From Lama glama (Eukaryota): a stretch of 64,000 nucleotides of DNA. Numbering within the stretch: position 1 is the stretch's first letter; each line of letters opens with the position of its first letter. The position numbers and the translations under genes were made by a program. Location of the stretch: positions 11,410,001 to 11,474,000 of the forward strand of contig CM052817.1 of the NCBI GenBank assembly GCA_028534125.1, in the 5' to 3' direction. Shown piece by piece: positions 52,302 to 64,000 of this stretch. The notes beneath the pieces are model-generated. The model saw only the letters and a program-made list of their open reading frames with translations, was not told the DNA's origin and ran no database searches.

Positions 52302-52702
52302 TACTTACAATACTATGTTTAAGGCATACAACACAATAATTCAATATATTTTATAGACTATACTCTATGTAAAGCTATTATAAAATACTGACCATACTTC
52401 CTGTACTGTAGATGACAACCTTGTAATTTTTTAAAAATTTTATACTTAGTAGTTTGTACCTCTCAATCCCCTTCACTTATTTTACCCTTCTTCCCTCTGG
52501 TAACTACTAGTTTCTTCTCTGTATCTTGAGTCCGTTTGTTTTGTTATATTTGTTTACTTGTTTAACTTTTTAGATTTCATTTATAAGTGAAAACATACAG
52601 TATTTGTCTTGCTCTGTCTGACTTATTTCATGAAGCATAATACCTTCCAGGCCCATCCACGTTGTTACAAGTGGCAAAATTTCATTATTTCTTGTGGTTG
52701 AG
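52262..52702 (-). mobile_element. L1 3' end (L1MA9-like) whose tail carries an (AATC)n microsatellite at 52266-52301
   Basis: About nine AATC units followed by an antisense L1 3' UTR, flanked by taccaaatc / taccaatc. Confidence 0.8.
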
Positions 52703-54909
52703 TACCAATCTTACTTTGAATCTATTGCAATAACCTTGTCATTTTTCTGTCTTACATCTCTTAATATGGAGAATTACACTGAATATTAAACCAATCTTCT
52801 TCCATTCCTGGGAAAACCCAATATTATCATCAGATATATTTGCTAGGTTTCCTGTCCTGATTATTCCTTTCATATGTCTGCATTAATGTTCACCAATGAG
52901 ACTGATCTATAAATTTCCTTTGTACTTGGGTCAAGCTTTGACATCAATGTTATGTACTCTCATATGAGTGGAAATGTTCTTTCTTTTTCCACTCTCTGGG
53001 AAAAAATTAGGAAATGTAAGATGCCATGCTTGAACAGTTAAAAAAACATGACAGGGATGTCAACTGGGAATAGTCTTTCTGAAGTACTTAATGATCAAGT
53101 TTATTTAACCATCAAAGGACTACTCATATATTCTGTTTCTCACATTAGTTATAGTTTTCTGGGAACCTACCCATTCAACTATATTTTCTAATTTATTTGC
53201 ATAAAATGTTTCTTCATATGCTTTTATCTATCTAATGTCAACAGCTCTGCAGTCATGTCCTTTTTGCTTCTCGTTCCACACTTCATTTATTTCTCTTTTT
53301 TCTCGGTCAAGCTCATTAGAAGTTTCTCATTTTTTTAGATCTAAAAAGAATTCTTTTTTTGATTCCTTGATCTTCTCTACTATATGTTTGTTTTCTTAGC
53401 CATTAATTCCTGTGCCTGTTTTTATTTCTTCCTGCCCTCTATTTAGTGTTTATTTTGCTCTTATATTTTTCCTTCCTGTAATGGATTTGCAGCTTATTAA
53501 CTTTCAGCCTTTCTTATTCTCTGACATATGCATTTAAAGTTATCAGTTTCTATCTATGTACTCCTTTAAGCTGCATTCCACAACTTTTGATGTGTCATTA
53601 TTTTCTCATCATTGAGTCAAAATATTTCCTAATTTCCATTATGACTTCTTTTTGGATTCATGTTTTTTAGAAGCATATTTCTTAATTTCCAAATATATAT
53701 GGATAGTCTACCCTTTTTACAGATTTCTACACTGTAGTCAAAAATGCCCAACATCATTCCAATCCTTTGAAATTTTCTGTCTTTATAGTTGATATAAACA
53801 ATTTTTGAAAGTTCTCTACATATACTTAAAAAGAATATGTACTCTAAAATTGTTGGATGCAACATTCTATATTTGTTCATTAGGTTAACATGTTATTTGT
53901 GTTCTTTAATCATCCTTACTCATTTTTGTTTTTTAATGTTTGTTTTTTCTATGAATTGTTGAGAAGAAGTATGCAAAATCTCCTATAAAACTGTGGCTTT
54001 GTCTACTGCTCTTTAAAATTTTGTTTTGTAAGTTTTTGAGGCTATATTATCAAGTCCTTCTAATTGTTTTATCTTCCTGGTGAACAGAACTTTATATAAT
54101 TATGAAGTGACCCATTTTATTTCTAGGAATGATTTTCGTATTCAACTATATGGTCTAATATTACACAGCTATAAAACAACTTTGGTTACTGTTTCCATAA
54201 GGTCATTTTCAGTTATTTCTTTATAACCTTTCTGTATTATTAAATAACATGGAATTTCTTTTTTAAAACACTACAACATTTCGTCAGAATTTAGTAATTT
54301 AAATTTAAAAGTTTATATTTGGGTTTAAATTCCTTATCTACTTTTGTTCTATTTGTATCCAGCTTCCATTTTTCTCCTTTCTTTCACATTTTGAAATTGA
54401 CTGAGTATTTTTCATTCAATTTTGTTTCTCCTTTATCAGTATGAAAATTATGCCTTCTATCTCTATTCTTCTCGAGGTTCTCCCAGAAATTAGGGTATAA
54501 GTCTAAAATTAATCAAAATCTTTTCTCATCCTTCCAGGACTTAGACTTCCTTCCTATTTGTTATTACTTCATGTACTTCACTAAAACATTATGTTCTTTT
54601 ATGTTTGCACACATATTTACTGTCATTGCTCTTCATTCCTAATCATATCTCAGAGCATTCATCTAGGAATACTTTCCTTCTGCCCAAGGTACCTCCTTTA
54701 GTGAACATCTGTTGATGTTAACATCCTTCCTTACAATCCAATCCAAAGTATCCAAGTTGTTCTTACAATGCTTACATGCTGCTCTCTCTCCTGTATTTTA
54801 TATATCCTTCTCTTTACTTAGCTGCATTTTGGTTAATTTCTCCTACTACATATATTCCACTTCACAAACTTCCTCTATTGCACAGTCAGCTGACAAACAT
54901 GTACTCTGA

Positions 54910-55700
54910 TTTTTTTACAGTCAATTTTATAGAGATACAATTGTCATACAATAGTATATGCCAATTTTTAAAAAGTTTAATAAATTTTGACAAAGCATAC
55001 ATTTATTTAACATAATCCAGACATAGACTATTCCTATTAATTGAAATGGTACCCTTGTGCTGTTTTGAATAAGCTGTCTGAAAGAACCCCAAACCCAAAG
55101 AAACACTAATCTATTTTCTGTCATTATAAATTAGACTTGTCTTTTCTATAGTTGCACATAAATGGAATCAGAGCATGTACTCTTTGGTGTCCAGCTTCTT
55201 TTACTCAGCAACCTGTCATGAAGATTGCATGCATCAGTACTTTTAACTGCTGAGGTGTATTCCCTTATATGGATATAGGACAACCTGCTTATCAATTTTC
55301 ATGTTGATGAACATTTGGGTTCTTTAAAATGCGTGACTATTATAAATAAAGTTGATATGTACATGCATACCAACTCTTTGTGAATATATGTTATCATTTC
55401 TCTTAAATAAATATCTAAGAGTGTTATCGCTGAGTTGAGCAGTAAAATTGTTTTGGCTTGTTGTTAATATTTTAAGGAATTGAACAGTTGTTTTGCAATA
55501 TGGATATACTCTTTTACATTCCCACCAGTAATATGTGAGAGATCCAGTTGCACCACAGACTTACCAACATATGGCAATGTCAATCTTTTTAACTTTAGCC
55601 ACTCTAATGAATATACATGTATGGGTATATCATAGAGGTTGTAACATGCAGTTTCTTGATGACTAATGATTTTAAGCATCCTTTCTACTGAAATGTCTTT
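54910..55700 (-). mobile_element. L1MB/L1ME-like 3' end
   Basis: caattttatagagatacaattgtcatacaa...cattcccaccagtaatatgtgagagatccagttgcaccac. Confidence 0.7.
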
Positions 55701-56671
55701 GTTAAGGTAACAAGGTTATGTTTGCCTCATAAAGCAAACTGGGAACTAAACCATCCTTCTCTGTTTTCTGAGTTTGTGTATTACAATATTTATTCATTAA
55801 CTGTAAACCAGACCCCTGGAGTTTTCTTTATGGTTAAGGTTTTAAATTATGAATACAAGTTTTTTTAGGTCAATATAAAACTGTTCAAGTTATCTATTTC
55901 TTAATTGATCAGTTTTGGCAATTTGTATTTAAGTTACAGTATTTATTTGCATAAAACTGTTCAAAGATTTTTCTTATTACCTTTTTAATGTTTGTACAAT
56001 CTGCAGTGATATCCCTTTAATTTCCAATATCAGCTTAATTATCTCCTATACTTTACGGATCACTCTGGCCAAAATGTTAGCAATTTTATTGATTTTTTCC
56101 TCCAAAAGACCACTTATAGTTTCAATCATTTTACTGTCTACCCTTTTCTACATTTTTGATTTCTGCATTACCTTTAATACATTCTTCCTTCTAATCAGTT
56201 TTATTTTATTTGCACTTATTTTTCTAAGTTTTTGAGGTGAAAGTTCACAACATTGATATGTGACCTTTGTCATTTTCTAATAAAAGCACTCAAAGCTATA
56301 AATTTTTCCCTATTCACTCCTTTAGCGCCATCTCATAAATTCTGATAAGTTGTCTCTTCATTTTCATCTATTTGGTATCTTTCTTAATTTCCCTTATGAT
56401 GCCTTGTTTTACACGTAAGTTATAAATGTACTGTTTAATTTCCAAATATTTGGGAATTTTCCAGAAATGCTACTGAATTCCAGCTGAATTCCTTGTGATC
56501 ATAAAACACATTTTGCAAGATTACAACCATTTTAAATTTACTGAGATTTGACTTGCAGGTAGCATCTGATCTATATTGGTGAATATTCCATATACATTTG
56601 AAAAGAACATGTATCTGCAGTTATTGGAACTATTTAGGCCTACTTGATTGAAAGCATTCTTCTATACTTCT

Positions 56672-56754
56672 TTTTTTTTTTTCCAGTCATTTCTTCCCTT
56701 CTCTGTTTTTTTTTTACATTTTTTATTGATTCATAATCATTTTACAGTGTTGTG
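56672..56754 (-). mobile_element. 83-bp extremely truncated young L1 with 14-bp TSD and a short 3' transduction
   Basis: TSD TCTTCTATACTTCT at 56658-56671 and 56755-56768. The insert matches the terminal ~40 nt of the young L1s at about 1130-1170 and 28635-28680. Confidence 0.85.
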
Positions 56755-57012
56755 TCTTCTATACTTCTACTAATTTTCTATCTTAACTTTGTCCTTTAAG
56801 TTCCGTCAGTTTTTGCTTCATGTATTTCAAATCTCTGATATTAGGTACACATATACTTTTATATTATGGCTCCTTTGTGGATTGATCTCATCATCATTAA
56901 AAAATGCTCCTCTTTATCGTTGTTCCAAAGTCCTATTTCCTGGTCTGAAGTTTACTGTATCTGATGTTATATCTGACACACTAACTTTCTTATGACTATC
57001 ACTTTTGTTACA

Positions 57013-59033
57013 CAGTTGACCCTCAAACAACACAGAGTTGAACTGCATGGGTCCATTTATAGGTGGATTGTTTTCACTGGTAAATACTATAGAACTACAA
57101 AATCTGCTGGTGGTTAAATCCACGGATGCTAAACCACAGATATGGAGGAACCACAGACACAGAGGGCCAACTGTAAATTTTCTTTTTTTTCTAGTTTCTT
57201 TCATCAATTTCTTTTTCTCCTTTTTCAGTTTTATTAGGTAGAATTACTACAGTTTGCACATACACAATACATTGCATGTAAATACACACATACAGTATAC
57301 TGCAAATTTTAAATTTACATATATGTGCTAATTATTGTTTCTAAGAACAGATTAGATCTTTAGCTTTTTAAACTTACATAGTTATCAAAGGAATAAAGCC
57401 AACTACAAAATAAGAATCAACAGAATGTGGTAATCCAATCATAAAGAACAGTCAAATGTGCTTACACATATTCAAGAAATCAGTCATCTTGGTTACAAAT
57501 AATAAGTAGTTCATTTGTGCCCTTATTATTATTATTTTTTTAGATTCCTCATACAAATGATGTCATATGACATTTTTCTTTCTCTTTCTAGCCCACTTCA
57601 CTTAGAATGATGATCTTCAGGTCCATCCATATTGCTGCAATTATTTTCTTCTTTTTTATGGCTGAGTAGTGTTCCAATGTATATATGTACCACATCTTCT
57701 TTATCCAGTCATCTGTTGACGGACATTTGGGTTGTTTCCATGTCTTGGCTATCATAAATTGTGCTGCTATGAACACTGGGGTGCATGTGTCTTTTTGAAT
57801 TTTATTTTTCTCCAGATATATGTCCAGGAACGGGATTGCTGGATCACATGTTAAGTCTATTTTCAGTTTTTTAAGTAATCTCCACACTGTCCTCCATTTT
57901 CTTGGATTGGAAGAATCAATATTGTTAAAATGACCATACTGCCCAAGGCAATTTACAGATTCAGTGTAGTCCCTATCAAGTTACCAACGACATTCTTCAC
58001 AGAGCTGGAATAAAAAATGTTAAAATTTGTATGGAAACTCAAAAAGACCCAGAATAGCCAAAACAATCTTCAAAAAGAAGAATGGAGCTGGGGGAATCAT
58101 GCTCCCTGACTTCAGACAGTAATCAAAACAGTTTGGTACTGGCACAAAAACAGACAGAGATCAACGGAACAGGATAGAAAGTCCAGATATAAGCCCACAC
58201 ATATATGGTCAATTAATCTACGACGAAGGAGGCAAGAATAAACAATGGAGAAAAGACAGTCTCTTCACCAGGTGGTGCTGGGAAAACTAGACAGCTACCA
58301 GTAAAAGACTGAAATTAGAACATTCTCTAACACTATGTACAAAAATATACTCAAAATGGATTAAAGACCTAAATTTAAGACTAGATACTATAAAACTCCT
58401 AGAGGAAAACATAGGTAGAACGTTTGCAGACATACATTACAGCAATATATGTTTTGAGCCAGCTCCTGGAATATTGGAAATAAAAGCAAAAATAAACAAA
58501 TAGGATCTAATTAAACTTAGAGCTTTTGCACAGCTAAGGATATCATCAACAAAACGAATAGACAACCTACAGAATGGGAGAAAGTATTTGCAAGTGATGT
58601 GACTGATAAAGGACTAATTTCCAAAATATACAATATACATATAAGCTCATATACCTTAATATCAAAGAAACAAGCAACCCAATAAAAATGGGCAAAAGAC
58701 CTAAACAAGCAATTCTCCAGTGAAGACATACAAATGGCCAATAGGCATATGAAAAAATGCTCAGCATCGCTAATTGTCAGAGAAATACAGATCGAAACTA
58801 CAATGAGATATCACCTCACACCAGCCAGAATGGCCATCATAGAAAAATCTACAAATGATAGATGCTTGAGAGGGTGTGGAGAAAGGGCAACCCTCCTACA
58901 CTGTTGGTGGGAGTGTAGACTGGTGCAGCCACTATGGAGGACAGTATGGAGGGCCAACTATAAGTTATACTTGGATTTTCAGCAGTGTAGAGAGTCAACA
59001 CCCCTAACCCACTCATTGTTTAAGGGTCAATGG
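57013..59033. mobile_element. Tigger2-derived MITE (Tigger2a_Art-like) split by an L1
   Basis: TIRs CAGTTGACCCTCAAACAA (57013-57030) and TTGTTTAAGGGTCAATGG (59016-59033), followed by TA. Halves at 57013-57176 and 58949-59033. Confidence 0.85.
57177..58948 (-). mobile_element. 5'-inverted (twin-primed) L1: 3' part on minus 57177-57897, inverted ORF2 part on plus 57898-58951
   Basis: TSD gagggccaact(g/a)taa at 57162-57176 and 58949-58963. Track ORFs 57588..57887 (-) and 58734..59090 (+) encode consecutive ORF2 segments on opposite strands. Confidence 0.92.
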
Positions 59034-59642
59034 TATGTCTTTTTCCATCCTTTAACTTTTAACCTATTTATGTCTTTATATTTACATTGAGCTTCTTATA
59101 GAAAACATATAGTTGAATCTTTCACCTTTATCCAGTGTAAATCTCTGCTTTTTAAATGAAGTGTTTAGATAACATTTAATGTAATTAACAATATAATTGG
59201 GTTTATATCTACTATCTTATTTGTTTTCTGTTTGTCCCATAAGAGGGAGAAGTTCATACCCTGACTTGTTGATTTCAGTAATTTTAACAACTTTTATAAT
59301 GTTCTTTTAAAATATTTAACATCTTTTTTTTTTTTTTTACAGCTCCCCAGTCCTTGCAGATATTTAGGTCTGTAATTTCTTTAAGTATGGTAAGTACAGT
59401 CATTTAAAAAATCAGTATCTGATCATTCCAGTATCATATGTTGTATGGGTCTATTCTGCTATCTAATGGTTTCTTCTCATCTTGCCTTGATTCTTTCTGC
59501 AGTTAATGCAGTACTTACTGGCTTTGCTCCCAAAAGATTAAAAACTCCCTAATGCCTAGGATGGATGTACCCTCTTCCTCCAAAGATGCTTATCATTTGT
59601 TTCCAGAAAACATCTAAGGGCACTGTCAATTAGAAACCATCT

Positions 59643-60137
59643 TGTGATAAGCAGAGTAATGAAAGGCTCCACAGAGATGTCCATGTTCCAATATTCATTA
59701 TTCATGAATAAATTATGTTACATGGCAAGGAGGAATTAAGGTTGCAGGTATTATTAAGGTACCTAATCACTGACCTTAAGATAAGATTAACCTGGTGGAC
59801 CCAATATAATCATAAGGATTTTTAAATTGCGAACAGGAAGGCAGAAGAGTCAGAATGAGAGATGGCATCAGGAGAATGACTAACCACCACTTTGAAGATG
59901 GAAAGGGACAACAAAACATGGAAGGTAGGCAACCTTTAAAAGCTGGAAAACACAAGAAAATGGATTCTGCCCTAGAGCCTTCATAAAGCAGCACAGCCCT
60001 GTCAACAACTTGATTTTAGCCCACGGAAGCCCATCTCAGACTCTGACCTCCAGAACAGTAAGCTAATATATTAGTGTGGTCTTAAGCCACTAAATTTGTG
60101 TTAATTTGCTACAAGAGAAGTAGGAAACTAATGTACA
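59643..60137 (+). mobile_element. MaLR solo LTR, MLT1D-like
   Basis: tgttacatggcaaggaggaattaaggttgcag...ctgacctccagaac...ttaagccactaaatttgtg...ggaaactaat. Confidence 0.85.
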
Positions 60138-60139
60138 CT

Positions 60140-60503
60140 TGTCTTAGTCTATTCAGGCTGTTATAACAAAATACCAGAGACTGAGTGGCTTATAAAAATC
60201 AAACATTTATTTCTCACAGTTCTGGAGGCTAGAATTCTAAGACCAGGCTGCTAGCACAGTCAGATTCTGGTGAAGGCTCTCTTTCAGGTTACAGAATGCC
60301 AGTTTCTCCATGTGTCCTCACATTGTGAAGGGGGCAAGCTATCTCTCTGGGGCCTCTTTTGTAAAGACACTAATCCCATTCATGAGAGTTCCACCTTCAT
60401 GGCCTAATCACTTCCTGAAAGTCCCACCTGCAAATATCACCACTTTGGCCATTAAGTTTCGACCTAGGAATTTTGGAGAGACACAAATATTTAGGTCACA
60501 GCA
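60140..60503 (-). mobile_element. MaLR solo LTR, MLT1A-like, with 5-bp TSD
   Basis: TG...CA ends, atttatttctcacagttctggaggct, and ACACT at 60135-60139 and 60504-60508. Confidence 0.88.
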
Positions 60504-61029
60504 ACACTTTAATTTTATGGCCTGAGGTTCCTTGATTACCCCAGGGTACAGATCTGTTAGAAGGCCAGTTTGTGACAAGTTCAATCTCAGGTATTTTTCT
60601 CCTTTACTTTTTCCTTTTCCTGCTCTGATCAACAGGTAACCTCCTCCTGGGACTTCAGGGGAAAAAGACATTTAGGCCTGGTTGCTTTTACCCTGAAGGC
60701 AAGGCCTTCTGAAGTCCAGCTTAATTTCTATAGATATACTATAAGGGTATCTACCTTGGACAAGCCCGAGGATTTGAATTCTGATTCTCTTCCCTAGTTG
60801 GCCAGGAAAGCACAAATATGGCAAATGACCTCAAGCTTAAACAGCTTTTCACCCCTTATTTTCTTCTTACCACTAACATTAACCTAGGTATTCCCAATTA
60901 TCTTTGCAGCTCTTTAAAAAAAAAAAAGTTTTATTCTAGCATTTTTCATACTTTGCAACATAAGGATTGCTTTAGATAACTTAGATCACCCTTACCAAAA
61001 ACCAAAATTCCTAGTTCAGTCTGACTATA

Positions 61030-61600
61030 ATACAGAGTTCATTTATATAGATACATGCAGTTTATCCATTTCTCTATTGAGAGCTGTGTGACTTTTCACT
61101 TTTTTTGTTATTACAAACAGAGCTGCATCAAAAATCCTCATAAATGTGTCTTCCTGTCCAAGTGTTAGAGCTTCTTTTGGGTAGAAGTCTCTAAGTGGAA
61201 CTACTTGGCCCTAAGGTATGACCATTCTCAACTTTACTAGATATTGCATTATATGGTTAAAGATCTTAAGATTTTATCAGCTATATTTAAGAGTTCCTGT
61301 TTTCCCCAAATACTCACCAACTTGGTATTATCAGGCTTTATATTTGTCAAACACATGAACATAAAATCACTTACCATTTTAATTTGCAGTTCCCTAATTA
61401 CTACTAAAAGTTAACATATATTGAAATGTTATTTACAGATTGCCCTTTTGCCAATTTTCAATTGGACTGTTGGTTTTTCAAAAAAAAATCAAATCAGTTT
61501 TATGTATTCTGGATAATAATTACCAATTTCATAAATTGCACACCCCCCATCCCAGTTATGGCTTAACTTTTCATTCTGTTCTCTCAAAACAGAAGTTTTG
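61030..61600 (-). mobile_element. Old L1 (L1ME-like) fragment
   Basis: tttatccatttctctattga...gagttcctgttttcccc...caccaacttggtattatcag. Confidence 0.55.
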
Positions 61601-61689
61601 TGGGGGTTTTCTGAAGTATAGTTGATCTGCAATATTTTTTTCATAGGTTTTTTTTGTTTGTTTTTTTCTTTTTTTTGCTTTGTGTTGCT

Positions 61690-61817
61690 TTTTTGTTTGT
61701 CTTTTATGGGGCAGGGATTAGATTTATTTATTATTTAAAATGAGGTACTCAGAATTGAACCCAGAACCTTGTGCATGCTAATTATGCACTCTGTCACTGA
61801 GCTATACACCTTCCACC
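61690..61817 (-). mobile_element. Older, diverged Vic-1-type SINE
   Basis: gaggtactcagaattgaacccagaaccttgtgcatgctaa...cactgagctatac. TSD tgctttgt(g/c)ttg at 61676-61687 and 61818-61829. Confidence 0.85.
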
Positions 61818-62099
61818 TGCTTTGTCTTGTTTTAATGTAGCATAGACAAACTTTTTTTTGTATTTTGCGCTATGGTTTGTACATTTTCTTTATAAGAAAA
61901 ATTTTGAAAGATAATTATTTTTATGAGTATGCATAAAATTTTGAACTTTTGCTATATGTAGTTCTTTAATTCACCAGAATTCATTTTATGAACAGTCTAA
62001 TATAGAACTACAATTTTATCCCAAGCACCATTCCATCTCAATTGATTAGTAAGGCTACTTTCATGTCCCATGAAATCACAGAATGTAAGTCTGGATTTT

Positions 62100-63030
62100 T
62101 AAAATTAATACTTTATTGAGGTATAATTTCCTACCATAAAATTCACTCATTGTAAGTACATAATTCAATGATTTTAATATATATTGTACAGAGATGTACA
62201 GTCATCACCACAATCTAATGTTAGAACATTCCATCACCTCCAAAAGAAAACTTGTACCCATTTAGAGTCTCCTCATTCCTACCCCCAGCCCCAGGTACAA
62301 ATCAATCTACTTTTTATCTCTGTAAGTTTGCGTTTTCTGGCTATTTCAAATAAATAAAATCATATAATACGTGCTACTTAGTATCTGTCTTCTTCCACTA
62401 AGTATAATGTCTTTGAGGTTCATCTATGTTGTAGCATGTATTTGTATGTCACCACATTTATACATCCATTTGACAACTCATGGAACTTTGGGTTGTAAAC
62501 AGCTGAAGACATACATTTTCATTTCTATTGGGAAGGCACATAGAAATGAAATTTCTGGATCCATATGATATTTCTATGTTTAATATTTTAAGAAACTGCC
62601 AAACTGTTTTCCAAAGTAGTTGGACCATTTTATACTCCCACCAGCAATTTCTCTACAGTTTTACCAACACTTGTCTTTTCAATTATAGCCATTTTAGTTA
62701 GTATGAAGTGGTATCTCATTTTTCTAGTGACTAATGATGTTGAACATCTTTTTATGAGCTTATCAGTAATTCATATGTTCTTCAGTTAAATGTCTACTCA
62801 AATGCTTTGCTTATTTTTTAATTGGGTTATTTATCTTTTCATTACTGAGCTATAAAAGTTCTTATAGATATAGGTCCCTTATCAGATATATGATCCACTT
62901 GTAAATATTTTCTACAAGTCTGTGAATTGTCTTTTCCCTTTTCTGATAATGTCTAATGAAGCACAAAAAGCTTGTAACTTTGATTAGGTCCAATTTCTCA
63001 ACCTTTTTTTTGTGGATCTGTTCTTAGGCC
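62100..63030 (-). mobile_element. L1MB-like 3' end
   Basis: ctttattgaggtataatttcctaccataaaattcactc...gaaactgccaaactgttttccaaagt. Confidence 0.8.
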
Positions 63031-63489
63031 CGTCATTGATCTGTTTGTCTACTCCTAAGTGAATACCACAATATGTTAAAGATTACCATTTTATGATTTT
63101 TTAAAAATACTCTTAATACCACTGAATGATTTTCTTAACAAAGGTCTATCATATCATTTATTGGAGTTATTCTTTCCTTCTTTATAGTTTTTATGGTCAA
63201 CTAAAAATGTTAACTTAAAAAAAAAAACCTCATTTCCTTTTGATGTACATGGATGTGGCCAATTTCTATCCAGTAAATTTGCTCAGCTTATCTAACAGTT
63301 TTAACAATTTGTCTATAGATTCTCTTACATTTTTATATACAAACACCTGAGGAAAACTACAATTGTAATTTTAAGTCATTGTGCTTTTTTACCCCTTAAT
63401 TTTATTGTTTTGGCTAAGGCCTCCAGTTACTGTTGAACAGAACTGGTAATACCCTAAATAACACACAAGAAGAAAGAGAAGAATTATAG

Positions 63490-64000
63490 CACACTTCACA
63501 TCCAAAACTATGCAAGCCAGAAGACAATGCAATGTCACCTTTAGAGTGCTGAAACTGTCAACCCAGAATTCTATACACAGCAAAAATATGTTTCAAAAAT
63601 AAAGGTGAAATAAAGACATTTTTGACAAACAAAAACTGAAAAATAATCGGAAGAAATGTGAAAGTCTTCAGAAAAAAGAATGTTACCACCCAGACATTTG
63701 GATCTACACAAAGAAATGAAGATTCCCTCAAAATGGTTAAGATGAAAGGAAATACAAAAGATATTTTCCCATTTAGGGGGACCTAATCAAACACACCAAA
63801 GGAAACCACACACAAAACGAAAAGACAATCTATGGAATGGGAAAAAATAATTGCCAATACTGCGAATAACAGGGGCTTATCTTCCAAAATATATAAAAAA
63901 CAGCTCATACAATTCAAAATCAAAAAAACCACAAACACCCTAATCAAAAAATAAGCAAAAATTAGAGAAATGCAAATCAAAACTACAGTAAGGTGTATCA
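63490..64000 (+). mobile_element. L1 ORF1 3' fragment (about 63490-63770) followed by a younger L1 ORF2 fragment running off the window
   Basis: gcaagccagaagacaatg...aactgtcaacccagaattctata, then aaaggaaaccacacacaaaacgaaaagacaatctatggaatggg. Confidence 0.75.

Larger units (their letters stand above)
51780..57005 (-). mobile_element. Composite of old L1 ORF2/ORF1 remnants with younger insertions
   Basis: Antisense ORF2 motifs (gctaggacctccattataatgttgaa...gagcatccttg; aagaatatgtactct). The sequence resumes after 59035. Confidence 0.7.

Overview
AT-rich mammalian genomic DNA, almost certainly camelid, because it carries three tRNA-derived Vic-1-type SINEs. The whole window lies inside the LCORL gene on the minus strand. 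Three coding exons are identifiable with GT-AG boundaries and matching phases: 50279-50214, 41507-41428 and 40547-40418, corresponding to exons 2-4 and encoding [93 protein letters not shown] did not find exon 1 or exon 5 in the window. The rest is intron, largely made of nested transposon fossils (L1 of several ages, L2, MIR, CR1/L3, Tigger1, a Tigger2-type MITE, hAT-Charlie, MaLR LTRs), with a 500-N assembly gap. Nearly all ORFs in the supplied track are repeat remnants or chance. I see no prokaryote-type system (CRISPR, operon). The best leads are: (i) two candidate cassette exons just downstream of exon 4, one 47 nt and frameshifting, one 42 nt and in-frame with four tandem acceptors and downstream G-runs; (ii) a twin-primed, 5'-inverted L1 whose 3' UTR is replaced by mRNA-like non-L1 sequence; (iii) an 83-bp L1 micro-insertion with a 23-nt 3' transduction tag. 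Repeat subfamily names come from recalled consensus sequences, and boundaries of old repeats are approximate.
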